From Eledone cirrhosa (Eukaryota): DNA of 64,000 bases. The stretch spans positions 152,334,001 through 152,398,000 of the forward strand of contig OZ024742.1 of assembly GCA_964016885.1 (NCBI GenBank). The letters run 5' to 3'. Position numbers and translations under genes: made by a program. The notes beneath the pieces are model-generated. The model did no database searches. It saw only the letters and a list, made by a program, of their open reading frames with translations, and was not told the origin of the DNA. Below, one piece after another: positions 63,348 to 64,000 of the stretch (its first letter is position 1; the number at the start of each line of letters is the position of its first letter).

Positions 63348-64000
63348 ATATATGCAAAAGTTCTATTTACATTTTTGGGATACAACAAGCAAATATTTTT
63401 ATAACTGATATAAAGCACTCGACAAGTATTTGGAGTAGATATACGATATTAACAAATGGAAACTATATTTATAAAACCATATTTATTTCATTATACATAT
63501 TTCAAGGATACCAAGTTAAATTATGGTATGCCTTCATCAGACAAAATACAATATATACCAGTTTTATAAATAAACATTGACGTACCCTTTCAAAATGCGA
63601 CCGTTACTTTTGGAAGACATCAGGATAGTGGTTTGTTTATTTTAGTAAATCGTAGTGTTAAGGATAAATAAAAAGACGGAGAGAGAGAGAGAAACGTGGA
63701 GAAAAGAAAGGGAGAGATAAATAAAAAAAAAGAAGAAAGAAAAAAGAAAAAAGAAAACAGAGGAAAACAACAGAGAGATATCAAACCACCAGACAGAGAG
63801 AAAAAAAAACTCAAGAGAGAGAAATATAGAGATAGAGAGAGGGGCTAGAACGAAAGCCTTCCATCACTTTCCACATAATGGAAGATATATATATATAAAT
63901 CAAGATAGAACCAGCTTGAAACTAGTTATAGCATTACTCAAAAGAGTGCTCAATACTAGCTGTTGATATAGCAAGAGCTCAACGGTAGGGTTCAGACTCT

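Overview
Eukaryotic, AT-rich, repeat-dominated animal DNA with no recognisable host protein-coding gene. The tRNA-derived SINEs resemble those I know from octopod cephalopods, which is an inference. Recognisable elements: two near-full-length decayed Tx1/L1-clade LINEs, each embedded in a different microsatellite; three R4/Dong-type RLE LINE pieces; a decayed RepHel Helitron and a non-autonomous Helitron; RTE-clade fragments, one with a twin-priming-type inversion; two Penelope-like (GIY-YIG) fragments; a mariner fragment; about a dozen SINEs; and a 41-bp satellite with higher-order structure. The signal the ORF track misses is a dense set of about ten type I hammerhead-ribozyme motifs (CUGANGA...GAAA, palindromic stem III, closing stem I) plus several relics. 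Most lie in non-coding, (TA)n-anchored elements with fold-back inversions and terminal redundancy, i.e. a retrozyme / non-autonomous Penelope-like architecture. Four unrelated families carry a very large (50-100 nt) structured stem II, and several families have C.A or U.U in place of the canonical first pair of stem II. A second candidate novelty is a conserved short phase-2 GT-AG intron that would remove the ORF1 stop and fuse ORF1 to ORF2 in frame in both Tx1-like LINEs. All structures were paired by eye; none is validated experimentally.
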